A DNA stretch of 64,000 nucleotides, taken from the NCBI RefSeq assembly GCF_006345805.1, contig NC_043025.1:7750001-7814000 (forward strand). The letters run 5' to 3'. Positions 1 through 12,018 of the stretch are shown piece after piece (positions within the stretch are counted from its first letter, which is position 1; each line of letters begins with the position of its first letter). The translations under genes and the position numbers were made by a program. Below the pieces are notes generated by a model. That model saw only the letters and a list, made by a program, of their open reading frames with translations. It made no database searches and was not told the DNA's origin. Source of the DNA: Octopus sinensis. Taxonomy: Eukaryota.

Positions 1-39
1 GGGACAAACACGGACTCACAAACACACACATGCATATAT

Positions 40-91
<52 letters not shown>

Positions 92-253
92 TACGACGGG
101 CTTCTTTCAGTTTCCGTCTACCAAATCCACTCACAAGGCTTAGGTCAGCCCGAGGCTATAGCAGAAGACACTTGCCCAAGGTGCCACGCAGTGGGACTGA
201 ACCTGGGACCATGTGGTTTGTAAACAAGCTACTTACCACACAGCCACTCCTGC
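1..253 (-). mobile_element. Family A tRNA-derived CORE-type SINE, cut by the window edge
   Basis: Reverse complement of head ggagtggctgtgtggtaagtagc...ggttcagtcccac (A/B-box-like) plus cttgggcaagtgtctt (CORE/MIR-like) and an internal (AC)(AT) tract. Confidence 0.85.
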
Positions 254-898
254 TTGATTAATTAATTAATTTAATTGATTAATTTTACCCTTTTATTATT
301 AATTTAAAATTATATATATACATCTTGCAAGATTGTGGTTTTGATTCCCAGACCAGGCAGAGTGCTCTATTCTGGAGAATACTTCATTTCACATTTTTTT
401 CTTTGTGATCAATTTGACATCTGATATGTGGAACACCATGCCCTGTGCAAGCTATGTTGATTTGATGGGTGGAGTGAGCTAATGTACAGCATTTATCTTT
501 CATCACTGTAAACAAATCAGCTCTGTAGAATGCTGAGCTAGAGGAATTATAGAACCCTGTCCCCTATGACAGGAAAAAGCACACAGTACAGCAGTCCTCA
601 CCATATGCCAGGTCACCTATGGCAGTTTATTGTTTAAGCTTACATTGATCCCTCTGTGGTGTTGTTTTGCATTTATAATAAAATAAATATATACAAATTA
701 TAAAAATAATTTTAAAAAATTAGCTTTATGGTTTCGGGTTCAGTCCCACTGCGTGTCACTTTCGGTAGGTGTCTTTCACTATAGCCCCGAGCTGACCGGA
801 GCTTTGTGATTGAATTCGGTAGGTGGAAGTTACTGCCGTGTGTGTATATGTGTGTGTAGGTGCTTGTGCCTCTCCGAAAGAGAGAGAGAGAGGGATAC

Positions 899-1300
899 AG
901 GCGTAGGAGTGGCTGTGTGGTAAGTAGCTTGCTAACAACCACATGGTTCCGGGTTCAGTCCCACTGCATGGCACCTTGGGCAAGTGTCTTCTACTATAGC
1001 CTCGGGCCGACCAAAGCCTTGTGAGTGGATTTGGTAGACGGAAACTGAAAGAAGCCTGTCGTATATATGTACAATATATATGTATGTGTGTGTGTATATG
1101 TTTGTGTGTCTGTGTTTGTCCCCCTAGCATTGCTTGACAACCGATGCTGGTGTGTTTACGTCCCCCGTCACTTTGTGGTTCGGCAAAAGAGACCGATAGA
1201 ATAAGTACTGGGCTTACAAAGAATAAGTCCCGGGGTCGATTTGCTCGACTAAAGGCGGTGCTCCAGCATGGCCGCAGTCAAATGACTAAAACAAGTAAGA
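899..1300 (+). mobile_element. Family A SINE, full length
   Basis: Head aggcgtaggagtggctgtgtggtaag, CORE-like ccttgggcaagtgtctt, internal microsatellite, tail ...gcagtcaaatgactaaaacaagtaaga. Confidence 0.9.
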
Positions 1301-1512
1301 AAAAAAAAAAAAGAAAAAATGTCTAGGTATGTGTACGTACATGTGTGTGTGTGTGCATGTGCGTGTGTCTGTATGTATATAGAGAGACACACAAAATATA
1401 TATGCAAACACACACACACACTCTCTCTCTCTCCCTCTATCTCTCTTTCTCTCTCTCATATATACACTTTTATATATAGTTAGATAGATATGCATGCATA
1501 TGTAATATATGT

Positions 1513-1905
1513 GGAGGCGAAATGGCCCAGTGGTTAGGGCAGCGGACTCGCGGTCATAGGATTGCGGTTTCGATTCCCAGACCGGGCGTTGTGAGTGTTT
1601 ATTGAGCGAAAACACCTAAAGCTCCACGAGGCTCCGGCAGGGGATGGTGGTGATCCCTGCTGTACTCTTTCACCACAACTGTCTCTCACTCTTACTTCCT
1701 GTTTCTGTTGTACCTGTATTTCAAAGGGCCGGCCTTGTCACTCTCTGTGTCACGCTGAATATCCCTGAGAACTACGTTAAGGGTACACGTGTCTGTGGAG
1801 TGCTCAGCCATTTACACGTTAATTTCACGAGCAGGCTGTTCCGTTGATTCGGATCAACCGGAACCCTCGTCGTCGTAACCGACGGAGTGCTTCCATCCAT
1901 CCATC
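1513..1905 (+). mobile_element. Family B SINE, tail type B1
   Basis: tRNA-like head ggaggcgaaatggcccagtggttagggcagcggactc...ggtttcgattcc; tail ...cgtcgtcgtaaccgacggagtgc(ttcca)(tcca)n; near-identical copy at 48003-48385. Confidence 0.85.
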
Positions 1906-1920
1906 CATGTAATATATATA

Positions 1921-2326
1921 GAGCTGGCAGAAACGTTAGCATGCTGGGCGAAATGCGTAGCCGTATTTCGTCTGCGTTACATTGTGAGTTCAAATTCCGC
2001 CAAGGCCGACTTTGCCTTTCATCCTTTCGGGGTCGATAAATAAAGTACCAGTTATGCACTGGGGTCGATGTAAACGACTTAATCCCTTTGTCTGTCCTTG
2101 TTTGTCCCCTCTGTGTTTAGCCCCTTGTGGGTAGTAAAGAAATAGGTATTTCGTCTGCCGGTACGTTCTGAGTTCAAATTCTGCCGAGGCCGACTTTGCC
2201 TTTCATCCTTTCGGGGTCAATAAATAAAGTACCAGTTACGCACTGGGGGTCGATGTAAACGACTTAATCCCTTTGTCTGTCCTTGTTTGTCCCATCTATG
2301 TTTAGCCCCTTGTGGGCAATAAAGAA

Positions 2327-2330
<4 letters not shown>
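1921..2330 (+). mobile_element. Family C SINE with tandemly duplicated body (period about 183 bp)
   Basis: Head gagctggcagaaacgttagc; body gactttgcctttcatcctttcggggtcgataaa..agtacca; body restarts at gtatttcgtctgcc (1963 and 2146). Confidence 0.85.
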
Positions 2331-2339
<9 letters not shown>

Positions 2340-2358
<19 letters not shown>

Positions 2359-2790
2359 ATGTATACACATATGTATGTGTGTATGTATATGCATATGTAT
2401 CTGTGTGTATGTATACGCATATGTGTGTGTATGTATACGCATATGTATGTGTGTGTATGTATATACATGTATGTGTGTGTATGTATACACATATGTATGT
2501 GTATGTATACGCATATGTATGTGTGTGTATGTATACACATATGTATGTGTATGTATACACATATGTATGTGTATGTATACGCATATGTATGTATGTGTAT
2601 GTATACGCATATGTATGTGTGTGTATGTATACGCATATGTGTGTGTATGTATACGCATATGTATGTGTGTATGTATACGCATATGTATGTGTGTGTATGT
2701 ATACGCATATGTATGTGTGTGTATGTATACGCATATGTGTGTGTATGTATACGCATATGTATGTGTGTACGTATACGCATATGTATGTGT
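2340..2790. repeat. Compound (GT/AT) minisatellite with approximately 22-26 bp units (gtatgtatacgcatatgtatgtgt)
   Basis: Directly visible tandem units; source of several overlapping artefactual ORFs. Confidence 0.9.
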
Positions 2791-2892
2791 GTGCATGTGC
2801 ATAGATGTGCTTCTGTTAGTGCATGTGTGTGTGCACACATGCTATGTCCTTCACTATGCAAAGCAATGCTGAATAAAACTACCCCTCCCTAA

Positions 2893-2936
<44 letters not shown>

Positions 2937-3696
2937 ACACCTCCAAACTCAAACCCCAGACCACAAACAGCAAGCAAACCGTACGTTTACTTTAAGCGCA
3001 GGCAATGTTTACACATGAATATCAGCGCTTCTGCTGCTATGAAAGTAGAACAGTCTTTCCTGCACTTCCCTGCAATATCTCCATGGAATTGCTATGCTTG
3101 TACTGCTATTTCCTTCCTCTCTCTCTCTCTCTCTCTCCTCTGCCACACCTTGCTCTACACACACCATACCATTCCATTCCATTCCGTTCCATTCCATGCC
3201 ATTCTCTGACAGCCGTCGTCTCCAGCATCCAATTACGGAGCTAGCAGAATGCAAAGGCATAAAACCAAACTCTGTTGCCAAAGCAACGGACGACAGCGAC
3301 AGCGACGACGATGACAACGACAACGGCGGCGGCGGCGACGACGACGACGGTGGTGGTGGTCGTGGTGATAATGACCATGGTGATGGGGATGTTGATGATG
3401 ACGCTGACGACTGGTTTCTCTTTAGTGTGGTTTCATGGAGGATGGAAGTGCACATGTATGCATGTGCGTACGTCTGTGTGTGAGTGCATGTACATGTGTG
3501 TGTGTGTGAGCGCATGTACATGTGTGTGTGTGTGAGCGCATGTACATGTGTGTGGTGTGTGTGTGTGTGTGTGCAATTTGAAATTTCACTTTTGCGTCTT
3601 GTTGCGTCTGCTTCTTGCATATTGTGCATGCATATATATCTGGATATGTTGTCTGTGTGTGTGTAATATATATATATGTACATATATATGTATATA

Positions 3697-3750
<54 letters not shown>

Positions 3751-3845
3751 ATATATACATATACATATATATATATATATATATACATATACACACACAT
3801 ATATATATATACATATACTATATATATACATATATATATATATAT

Positions 3846-4000
3846 AACGGGAAGCTTTATGAAAATAACAAAGACGAAGGCAGGTGGAAAACAAACGAAC
3901 AATTGTATTAGTATGGCGCTCAGGAAATAAAATAAAACAAGTCTTACGTTCGAGCCTACGCTCTTCAACAGAAAGATACACAGAGAGAGAAAAACACACA
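3846..4000 (-). mobile_element. Family G short repeat (Penelope-like terminal fragment) with degenerate hammerhead-like core
   Basis: Reverse complement matches 21565-21745; core tcttt-ctgttga-a-gagc-gtag-gctc-gaac-gta-aga at 3942-3976. Confidence 0.6.
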
Positions 4001-4500
4001 GAAAGAATGAGAGAAAAAAATGCGTGCAGTAGCTAACGAATCAACATGATATATATATATGTATATATATATACATACATATATATACACACACACACAT
4101 ATATATATATATACATATATATATATGTATATATACATACATATACATATATACACACACACACACACACATATATATATACATATACATACATATATAT
4201 ATACATATATATACATATACATATATATGTATATATGTATATATATTTGTGTGTGTGTGTATATATACATATATAATGCACACACATATACACACTCACA
4301 CGCACATATATAAATATGTCTGTTTGGATGATGTGGCTGTGATCGTTTTCGGTCAGGCATTATCTATAATAGTATTTCTCAACCTTACGGGTTTCGGGTC
4401 CCCTGTTTCAATTGGGACCTCCAGCAGTATGAAAATCCCCCCCTCCCCACTCACCCATCAGAAAACAGCTTCAGGAGTTGTGAAGAACGAATTTTTAAGT

Positions 4501-4916
4501 AGGCGCAGGAGTGGCTGTGCGGTAAGTAGCTTGCTAACCAACCACATGGTTCCGGGTTCAGTCCCACTGCGTGGCACCTTGGGCAAGTGTCTTCTGCTAT
4601 AGCCCCGGCCTGACCAAAGCCTTGTGAGTGGATTTGGTATACGGAAACTGAAAGAAGCCTGTCGTATATATGTATATATATGTATGCGTGTGTGTGTTTA
4701 TGTGTCTGTGTTTGTCCCCCTAGCATTGCTTGACAACTGATGCCGGTGTGTTTACGTCCCCGTAACTTAGCGGTCCGGCAAAGAAGAGATCGATAAAATA
4801 AGTACTAGGCTTACAAAGAATAAATCCTGGGGTCGATTTGATTGACTAAAGGCGGTGCTCCAGCATGGCCACAGTCACATGACTGAATCAAGTAAAAGAG
4901 TAAAAGAGTAAAGAGA
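4501..4916 (+). mobile_element. Family A SINE, full length
   Basis: aggcgcaggagtggctgtgcggtaag head through (gtaaaaga)n tail. Confidence 0.9.
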
Positions 4917-5264
4917 GTTTCAAAACAACAATCCCGGAAAATATTTGTTCTTCCTCAAACAGCTGGCATCTCCTTGTACATACCATTCTCAATGGCATCC
5001 AGGAACAGCTGGCCATTCTGGGAAGAAGATGTCACCCAAACAAAACAAAGTACTTAAAAACAATCGCCCTTCAGACTCATTTGTTCTTTGTTTAACCATT
5101 CATCTCATTTCCACACATCTACATTCAAACAACAAACAGGTGGCCACTTCTTGTAACTGATCACTCCCCAAGACTCATGTTTTTGTCCAACCCATGGAAT
5201 TCTAGTAGACAAATAAACAACTAGATGCCTGTTTAGACAAGCACAGACAAAGACACACACACCA

Positions 5265-5314
<50 letters not shown>

Positions 5315-5394
5315 TATATATATACACGTTTTTAAATATTTGTTGTGCAAGATTTTTTATTGGCTAAACTGGCAATATGACCATTCCGAAATAT

Positions 5395-5430
<36 letters not shown>

Positions 5431-5431
<1 letters not shown>

Positions 5432-6068
5432 AGGTGGGGAGCTGGCAGAAACGTTAGCACGCCAGGCGACGAAATGCGTAGCCGTATTTCGTCTGCCGTT
5501 TCGTCTGAGTTCAAATTCCGCCGAGGTCGACTTTGCCTCTCATTCTTTCGGGGTTGATAAATAAAGTACCAGTTTCGCACTAGGGTCGATGTAATTGACT
5601 TAATCCCTTTGTCTGTCCTTGTTTGTCCTCTCTGTGTTTAGCCCCTTGTGGGTAGTAAAGAAATATATATATACAAGGTGGCGAGCTGGCAGAAACGTTA
5701 GCACACCGGGCGACGAAATGCATAGCCGTACTTCGTCTGCCGTTATGTTCTGAGTTCAAATTCCGCCGAGGTCGACTTTGCCTCTCATTCTTTCGGGGTT
5801 GATAAATAAAGTACCAGTTTCGCACTAGGGTCGATGTAATTGACTTAATCCCTTTGTCTGTCCTTGTTTGTCCCCTCTATGTTTAGCCCCTTGTGGGCTG
5901 CCGTTACGTTCTGAGTTCAAATTCCGTCGAGGTCGACTTTGCCTTTCATCCTTTCGGTGTCGATAAATAAAGTACCAGTTTCGCACTAGGGTCGATGTAA
6001 TCGACTTAATCTCTTTGTCTGTCCTTGTTTGTCCCCTCAATGTTTAGCCCCATGTGGGCAGTAAAGAA
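5431..6068 (+). mobile_element. Family C SINE cluster (two heads, three to four body copies in tandem)
   Basis: Heads at about 5431 and 5675; body restarts at ctgccgttacg near 5897. Confidence 0.85.
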
Positions 6069-6107
6069 ATATATATATACATGTGTATATATATATATAT
6101 ATATATA

Positions 6108-6435
6108 TCATCATCATCATCATCGTTTAACGTCCGTTTTCCGCGCTAGCATGGGTTGGACGGTTCGACTGGGGTCTGGGAAGCCAAGGGCTGCACCAGG
6201 CTCCAGTCTGATCTGGCAGTGTTTCTACAGCTTGATGCCCTTCCAAATGCCAAACACTCCGCGAGTATAGTGGGTGCTTTTTACATGCCACCGGCACAGG
6301 TGCCAGAGGTGTCTGGCATCGGCCATGATCGGTTGGTGCTTTTAACGTGCCACCGGCACGGAAGCCAGCTAAGGCGGCGCTGGCATCGGTCACGTTCGGA
6401 TGGTGCTTTTTATGTGCCACCAGCACAGAAGCCAA
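6108..6435 (-). mobile_element. Family D (GAT)n-tailed retro-type repeat
   Basis: (atc)n-gtttaacgtccg...gatgcccttcc...gtgccaccggcac; reverse complement of the copies at 8051-8460 and 46505-47158. Confidence 0.8.
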
Positions 6436-6735
6436 TAATAATAATAATATTAGGGCGTATAACTCCAAACTTATAGGGAAAAATTGAAGTTGTATAAATT
6501 ATTTAAGTATATAAATGTCATCTGACCAGATACCAGTTGTTTGCCTGTCTATATTCTTATTCTGTTATACATGAGCAGGCGTGGGTGTGTGATAAGAAGC
6601 TTACTTACAAACCACATGATTCTGGGTTCAATCCCACTGCACGGCATCTTGGGCATGTGTCTTCTACTATAGCATCAGGCCGACCAAAGCCCTGTGAGTG
6701 GATTTGGTAGATGGAAAGTAAAATGAAGCCCATTG

Positions 6736-6766
<31 letters not shown>

Positions 6767-7427
6767 ATATGTGTGTGTGTATATATATATATATGTGTAT
6801 ATATATATGTGTGTGTATATATATATGTGTGTATATATATATGTGTGTATATATATATGTGTGTATATATATGTGTGTATATATATATGTGTGTGTGTGT
6901 ATATATATGTGTGTATATATATATGTGTGTGTATATATATGTGTGTGTATATATATATGTGTGTGTATATATATATATATATGTGTATATATATATATAT
7001 GTGTGTGTGTATGTATATATATATGTGTGTGTGTATATATATATATGTGTGTGTGTGTGTATATATATGTGTGTATATATATATATGTGTGTGTATATAT
7101 ATGTGTGTGTATATATATGTGTGTATGTATATATATATATATGTGTGTGTGTGTGTATATATATATGTGTGTGTGTGTATATATATATATGTGTGTGTGT
7201 GTATATATATATATGTGTGTGTGTCTATATATATATGTGTGTGTATATATATGTGTGTGTGTGTATATATATATATATGTGTGTATATATATATGTGTGT
7301 ATATATATATGTGTGTATATATATGTGTGTATGTATATATATGTGTGTATGTATATATATGTGTGTATGTATATATATGTGTGTGTATATATATATGTGT
7401 GTATGTATATATATGTGTGTGTGTGTG

Positions 7428-7502
<75 letters not shown>
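6736..7502. repeat. (AT)n/(GT)n compound microsatellite
   Basis: Directly visible. Confidence 0.95.
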
Positions 7503-8050
7503 TGTTGTATTCTTATCCTAACTCATGTCCATTGTCTGAAAATCTTTCATCACACTCCTGTAACCTCTTCAGTGAGACTTTCTGTCTCCGTGTGTGCTCT
7601 TCCTGCACTTATCTCATTCTCTTCTTCGATGTTGTGTATCCATATATGCACATGTGTTTGCATCCGTGTTTGTGTGTCCTTGTTCTTAGTAGCACTATGA
7701 CCTTCCCCCTCAGCCCCATCCCTTCCTCCATTGTGATAAATGGAAAAAATAGAGATAGATAAAATAAAAAAATAAATCAATAAACATATTTATCACGTAT
7801 CTGTAAAAAAATATAACAGAGATAGATCATAAATAAATATCTAAATAAATAATCTATATAAAGGTCATGGATACAAGCCACATAGGAAGCGAACCCATAT
7901 ACACACACAAACACACATACAGTAAACTTCACAGACGTAGGAGTGGCTGTGTGGTAAGTAGCTTGCTTACCAACCACATGGTTCCTTGGGCAAGTGTCTT
8001 CTACTATAGCCTCGGGCCGACCAAAGCCTTGTGAGTAGATTTGGTAGATG

Positions 8051-8460
8051 GATTTGAGGATCAGAATCGCAATCGATCAATGGAAATCGATCAATGGAAA
8101 TTGCAGATGTGTTACCAGTGCCGATGGCATGTAAGAGAACCTTCCGTTTCGCGACCGTTGCCAGCACCGCCCCATTTCGTGTCCGTTGCCAGCCTCGCCT
8201 GGCCCTCGTGCCGGTGGCACATAAAAAGCACCATCCGTTCGTGGCCGTTTGCCAGCTCTGTCTGGCACCTGTGCGGGTGGCACGTAAAAAGCACCCACTA
8301 CACTCACGGAGTGGTTGGCGTTAGGAAGGGCATCCAGCCGTAGAAACACTGCCAGATTTGACTGGGCCTGATGAAGCCTTCTGGCTTCACAGACCCCAGT
8401 AGAACCGTCCAACCCATGCTAGCATGGAAAACGGACGCTAAATGATGATGATGATGATGA
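8051..8460 (+). mobile_element. Family D element inserted inside a family A SINE
   Basis: The A head runs 7930-8050 (ends ggtagatgga) and resumes at 8461 (aactgaaagaagcccgccg). The intervening sequence ends ggttggcgttaggaagggcatcc...(gat)n. Confidence 0.75.
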
Positions 8461-8481
8461 AACTGAAAGAAGCCCGCCGTA

Positions 8482-8547
<66 letters not shown>

Positions 8548-9215
8548 GCGTGTTCTTCTACCATGGAAGAAGTTTCGTGGGAATATGTGGATTTTACAAG
8601 TGGTCCCCAACAATCCCACATGTGGAGACATCCTGTTTGTCGCAGATAGATTGTCCATAGATGCTGGGACAGAACGACCGAAGAACCACTGGTTGCCGAA
8701 ACAGACACTCCGAGGATTTTCTGCTGGGTTGTGGCCCTAATACCACTCGGTGTCAGACCAATCTGCCTTGGGTGGCCCTACCAGGAACCGAAGTTCCTAA
8801 CGGCATAGCTCTGACACTAATGAGTGAGCACACATGTAGTTGTAGTTTGTCCATCGATGCGACGAAGACCATCTAGTCATCCTGGGGTGGGAGTGGGGTT
8901 TTTTTGTGAGTAAGGGGTGGAAAGAAGGATGAAAGATGACTTGTGTGAGGAAACTTTGTTTAAAGTGAGGAATGGTTGCGCATCGCCGACCTTAACCTCT
9001 CGTCCGAGACCATCTTAACCAGTGGCAAGACCAGATCGAGACGACTGGGGACAGAACCGGATGCAGTGAATGACCAAGATGTCCTATAGTGCCTCATCTT
9101 GCCCCATGCACTCCACGGTGCCCTGCTGTAACCGCCCTCTTCTCTGGTGAAACCATTCTGGTGGTTTCTTCTGTAGAGTCAGCCGGTTCCAGTCTTCGTA
9201 TACCCTTCCCCCCAC

Positions 9216-9243
9216 CCCTAACCCTAACGAACCCTAACCCTAA
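9216..9243. repeat. Short interstitial (CCCTAA)n telomere-like tract
   Basis: ccctaa ccctaa cgaa ccctaa ccctaa. Confidence 0.7.
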
Positions 9244-9474
9244 AACAGATTGAAATGCAATAGATTGATACTAGGGTCATAATTATGGGTGACAATTTCA
9301 TATGACACCGCTAGAAAAAAACTGCCGTTCAAACGGAAAAGATCTGACGTTTGTACTACAGAGCCAGAGGTGGTTTCAGCTGGTTTGGTATCAAAAGGGT
9401 TAAGTATAGTAATATATAGTATAGAACACATCCGTTGGTCTTGAGAGGCCATAGATATGCATTCATAGAAATAA

Positions 9475-9655
9475 TGTCAGCTACTGATGGGAGAGGCCCT
9501 CATGGGACTGGCAGTTATGTCTACAGCAAATGCATTTGAAGGAGATCTCTCTGCTGGCTCTACTGGTTTTTCCTTCCGTCAAGTGTGTTTTTCTTTGGTG
9601 GCGAGTTCCTGTTTTTCTTCCCCTCACTTCTTCATCTCCTTTTGCACTCACACAC
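9475..9655 (-). pseudogene. Probable 3' end relic of an RTE-clade LINE ORF
   Basis: Minus-strand peptide ...[40 protein letters not shown] resembles the C-terminal F-x-C-x2-C-x3-C-x-S-x2-GL-x-SH motif of RTE ORFs (from memory). Confidence 0.5.
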
Positions 9656-9659
9656 CAAT

Positions 9660-9663
9660 TATA

Positions 9664-9708
<45 letters not shown>

Positions 9709-9795
9709 TATATATATATGTATATATATAATATTTATATATATGCACACACATACACACACATACATACATAATATATGTGTGTGTGTATGTAG

Positions 9796-9836
<41 letters not shown>

Positions 9837-10515
9837 TATATATATGCCACACACATACACACACATACATACATATATATATATGTGTGTGTGTGTATGT
9901 AGATATACATATATATGTATATATATATGTGTGTATATATATATGTATGTATATATATGTGTATATATATATGTGTATATATATATATGTATGTATATAT
10001 ATGTGTATATATATATATATGTATATATATATGTATGTATATATATGTGTATATATATATGTATATATATATGTGTATATATATATATGTGTATATATAT
10101 GTGTATATATATATGTGTATATATATATGTATATATATATATGTGTATATATATGTATATATATATGTATATATATATATGTATGTATATATATTGTATA
10201 TATATATGTATATATATATATGTATGTATATATATGTGTATATATATATATGTGTATATATATATGTATATATATATGTATATATATATATGTATGTATA
10301 TATATGTGTATATATATATGTATATATATATATGTATGTATATATATGTGTATATATATATATATGTATATATATATGTGTATATATATATATATGTATA
10401 TATATATGTATGTATATATATGTGTATATATACATATATGTATGTATATATATGTGTATATATACATATGTATGTATATATATGTCTATATATATGTATA
10501 TATATATGTGTATGT
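9660..10515. repeat. (AT)n/(GTAT)n compound microsatellite
   Basis: Directly visible. Confidence 0.95.
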
Positions 10516-11221
10516 GGTTTTTCAATTAAGAACCTTGACCACTACAAAATTTTAACCACACCTCTTTACCTCTCCCACAGAAATGAATACAAAGGAATAG
10601 AGAAACAAGACCTGGAAATGCAATTATAATTTTTACTGAAGAAAGTCTGGTTTTTCAATTAAAACCATGACCAATTCAAATACAAAAATTCTTTTTCCTT
10701 CCACACCCTAAAAGACCACTAAGTACTAAACAAACAAGTCTGACCATACCAATATAAAAGTTATGACTCTTTACCTCCCCATCCTTCTTGAAAAAATTTT
10801 TATCTTCTTTCTTGGCAAACCCCACAAAATTATCTAACTTTAAACCACTTTTTGATAAATCCAACAATGGAAGAAAGTGCTGAAAGTGTAAATGAAATAT
10901 AAGTGAAATGTAAATAAAAAAATATATATAATCATCCAACATTCTGACTACCTTATTATTCTAAATATATATATATATCTAATATAATAAATGTGGAAAC
11001 TAATTTCTGTGTGTCAGTGTATCACACTTTGACCCCCCCTCTCTCACTATTCAATGACACTTCCACTGTTCCTCATGATGAGGTGAGAGTAATAGTAGGC
11101 ATAGAGATGGTGAGGGCAGTGGTGAAGAGGGAGAGAGAGAGAAAGAAAGAAGAGAGGGTGAGAAAGTGAGACAAATAAATTTAGGGAGAGTTGATGATGT
11201 TTTATTAAAAGTAGTAGTGAC

Positions 11222-11350
11222 GACAAATATGGTCATCATTGAGATATGACTCTGGAGGAAACAATTGCAACAAATTCTCCAAAACAAGTCAGAGATCTGT
11301 TTGCTGATCTTCCCATTCAGGGTCAGTTGCTTAAAAGCTATATACTAGCT
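11222..11350 (+). pseudogene. Helitron RepHel coding fragment, copy 1 (W codon mutated to stop)
   Basis: GHH*DMTLEETIATNSPKQVRDLFA; direct repeat of 11887-12018. Confidence 0.55.
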
Positions 11351-11351
11351 T

Positions 11352-11880
11352 AGAGGCGCAATGGCCCAGTGGTTAGGGCAGCGGACTCGCGGTTGTAGGA
11401 TCGCGGTTTCGATTCCCAGACCGGGCATTGTGAGTGTTTATTGAGCGAAAACACCTAAAGCATCACGAGGCTCCTGCAGGGGGTGATAGTGAACCCTGCT
11501 GTACTCTTTCGCCACAACTTTCTCTCACTCTTTCTTCCTGTTTCTGTAAGAGTTTCTGTAATTTCCGGGTATTGTGAGTGTTTATTGAGCGAAAACACCT
11601 AAAGCTCCACGAGGCTCTGGTAGGGGATGGTGGTGATCCCTGCTGTACTCTTTAACCACAACTTTCTCTCACTCTTACTTCCTGTTTCTGTTGTACCTGT
11701 ATTTCAAAGGGCCGGCCTTGTCACTCTCTGTGTCATGCTGAATATCCTCGAGAACTACGTTAAGGGTACACGTGTCTGTGGAGTGCTCAGCCACTTACAC
11801 GTTAATGCCACGAGCAGGCTGTTCCGTTGATCGGATCAACCGGAACCCTCGTCGTCGTAACCGACGGAGTGCTTCCATCC
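11352..11880 (+). mobile_element. Family B SINE (B1) with internal partial duplication
   Basis: Head gaggcgcaatggcccagtgg; ttgtgagtgtttattgagcgaaaacacc occurs twice (about 11429 and 11572); B1 tail ends ccatcc. Confidence 0.8.
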
Positions 11881-11886
11881 GGTGTA

Positions 11887-12018
11887 GACAAATATGGTCA
11901 TCATTGGGATATGACTCTGGAGGAAGCAATTGCAACAGATTCTCCAAAACAAGTCAGAGATCTGTTTGCAGATCTCCCCATTCGCGGTCAGTTGCTTCAA
12001 AGCTATACACCAGCTTAA
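11887..12018 (+). pseudogene. Helitron RepHel coding fragment, copy 2
   Basis: HWDMTLEEAIATDSPKQVRDLFA resembles the HWDxTLEEA...SPxQLRxLFA motif between the Rep and helicase domains of animal Helitrons (from memory). Confidence 0.6.

Noticed and set aside
899-1300. Recurring ORFs such as MPKVPRSGTEPGTMWLVSKLLTTQPLL
   Set aside because: Antisense translation of the family A SINE head; recurrence reflects repeat copy number, not a gene family.
1513-1585. tRNA gene (also other family A/B/C heads)
   Set aside because: A/B-box-like motifs are present but run straight into SINE bodies in many copies; no complete cloverleaf or terminator seen.
4963-5049. 87-bp AG...GT segment on the plus strand
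   Set aside because: All three frames are open, the donor is weak and none of the peptides resembles CMIP or anything I recognise.
2217-10629. Long ORFs of 150-340 aa (poly-YI/VC/HT)
   Set aside because: They are translations of (AT)/(GT) microsatellites that lack stop codons in several frames; no protein-like complexity.
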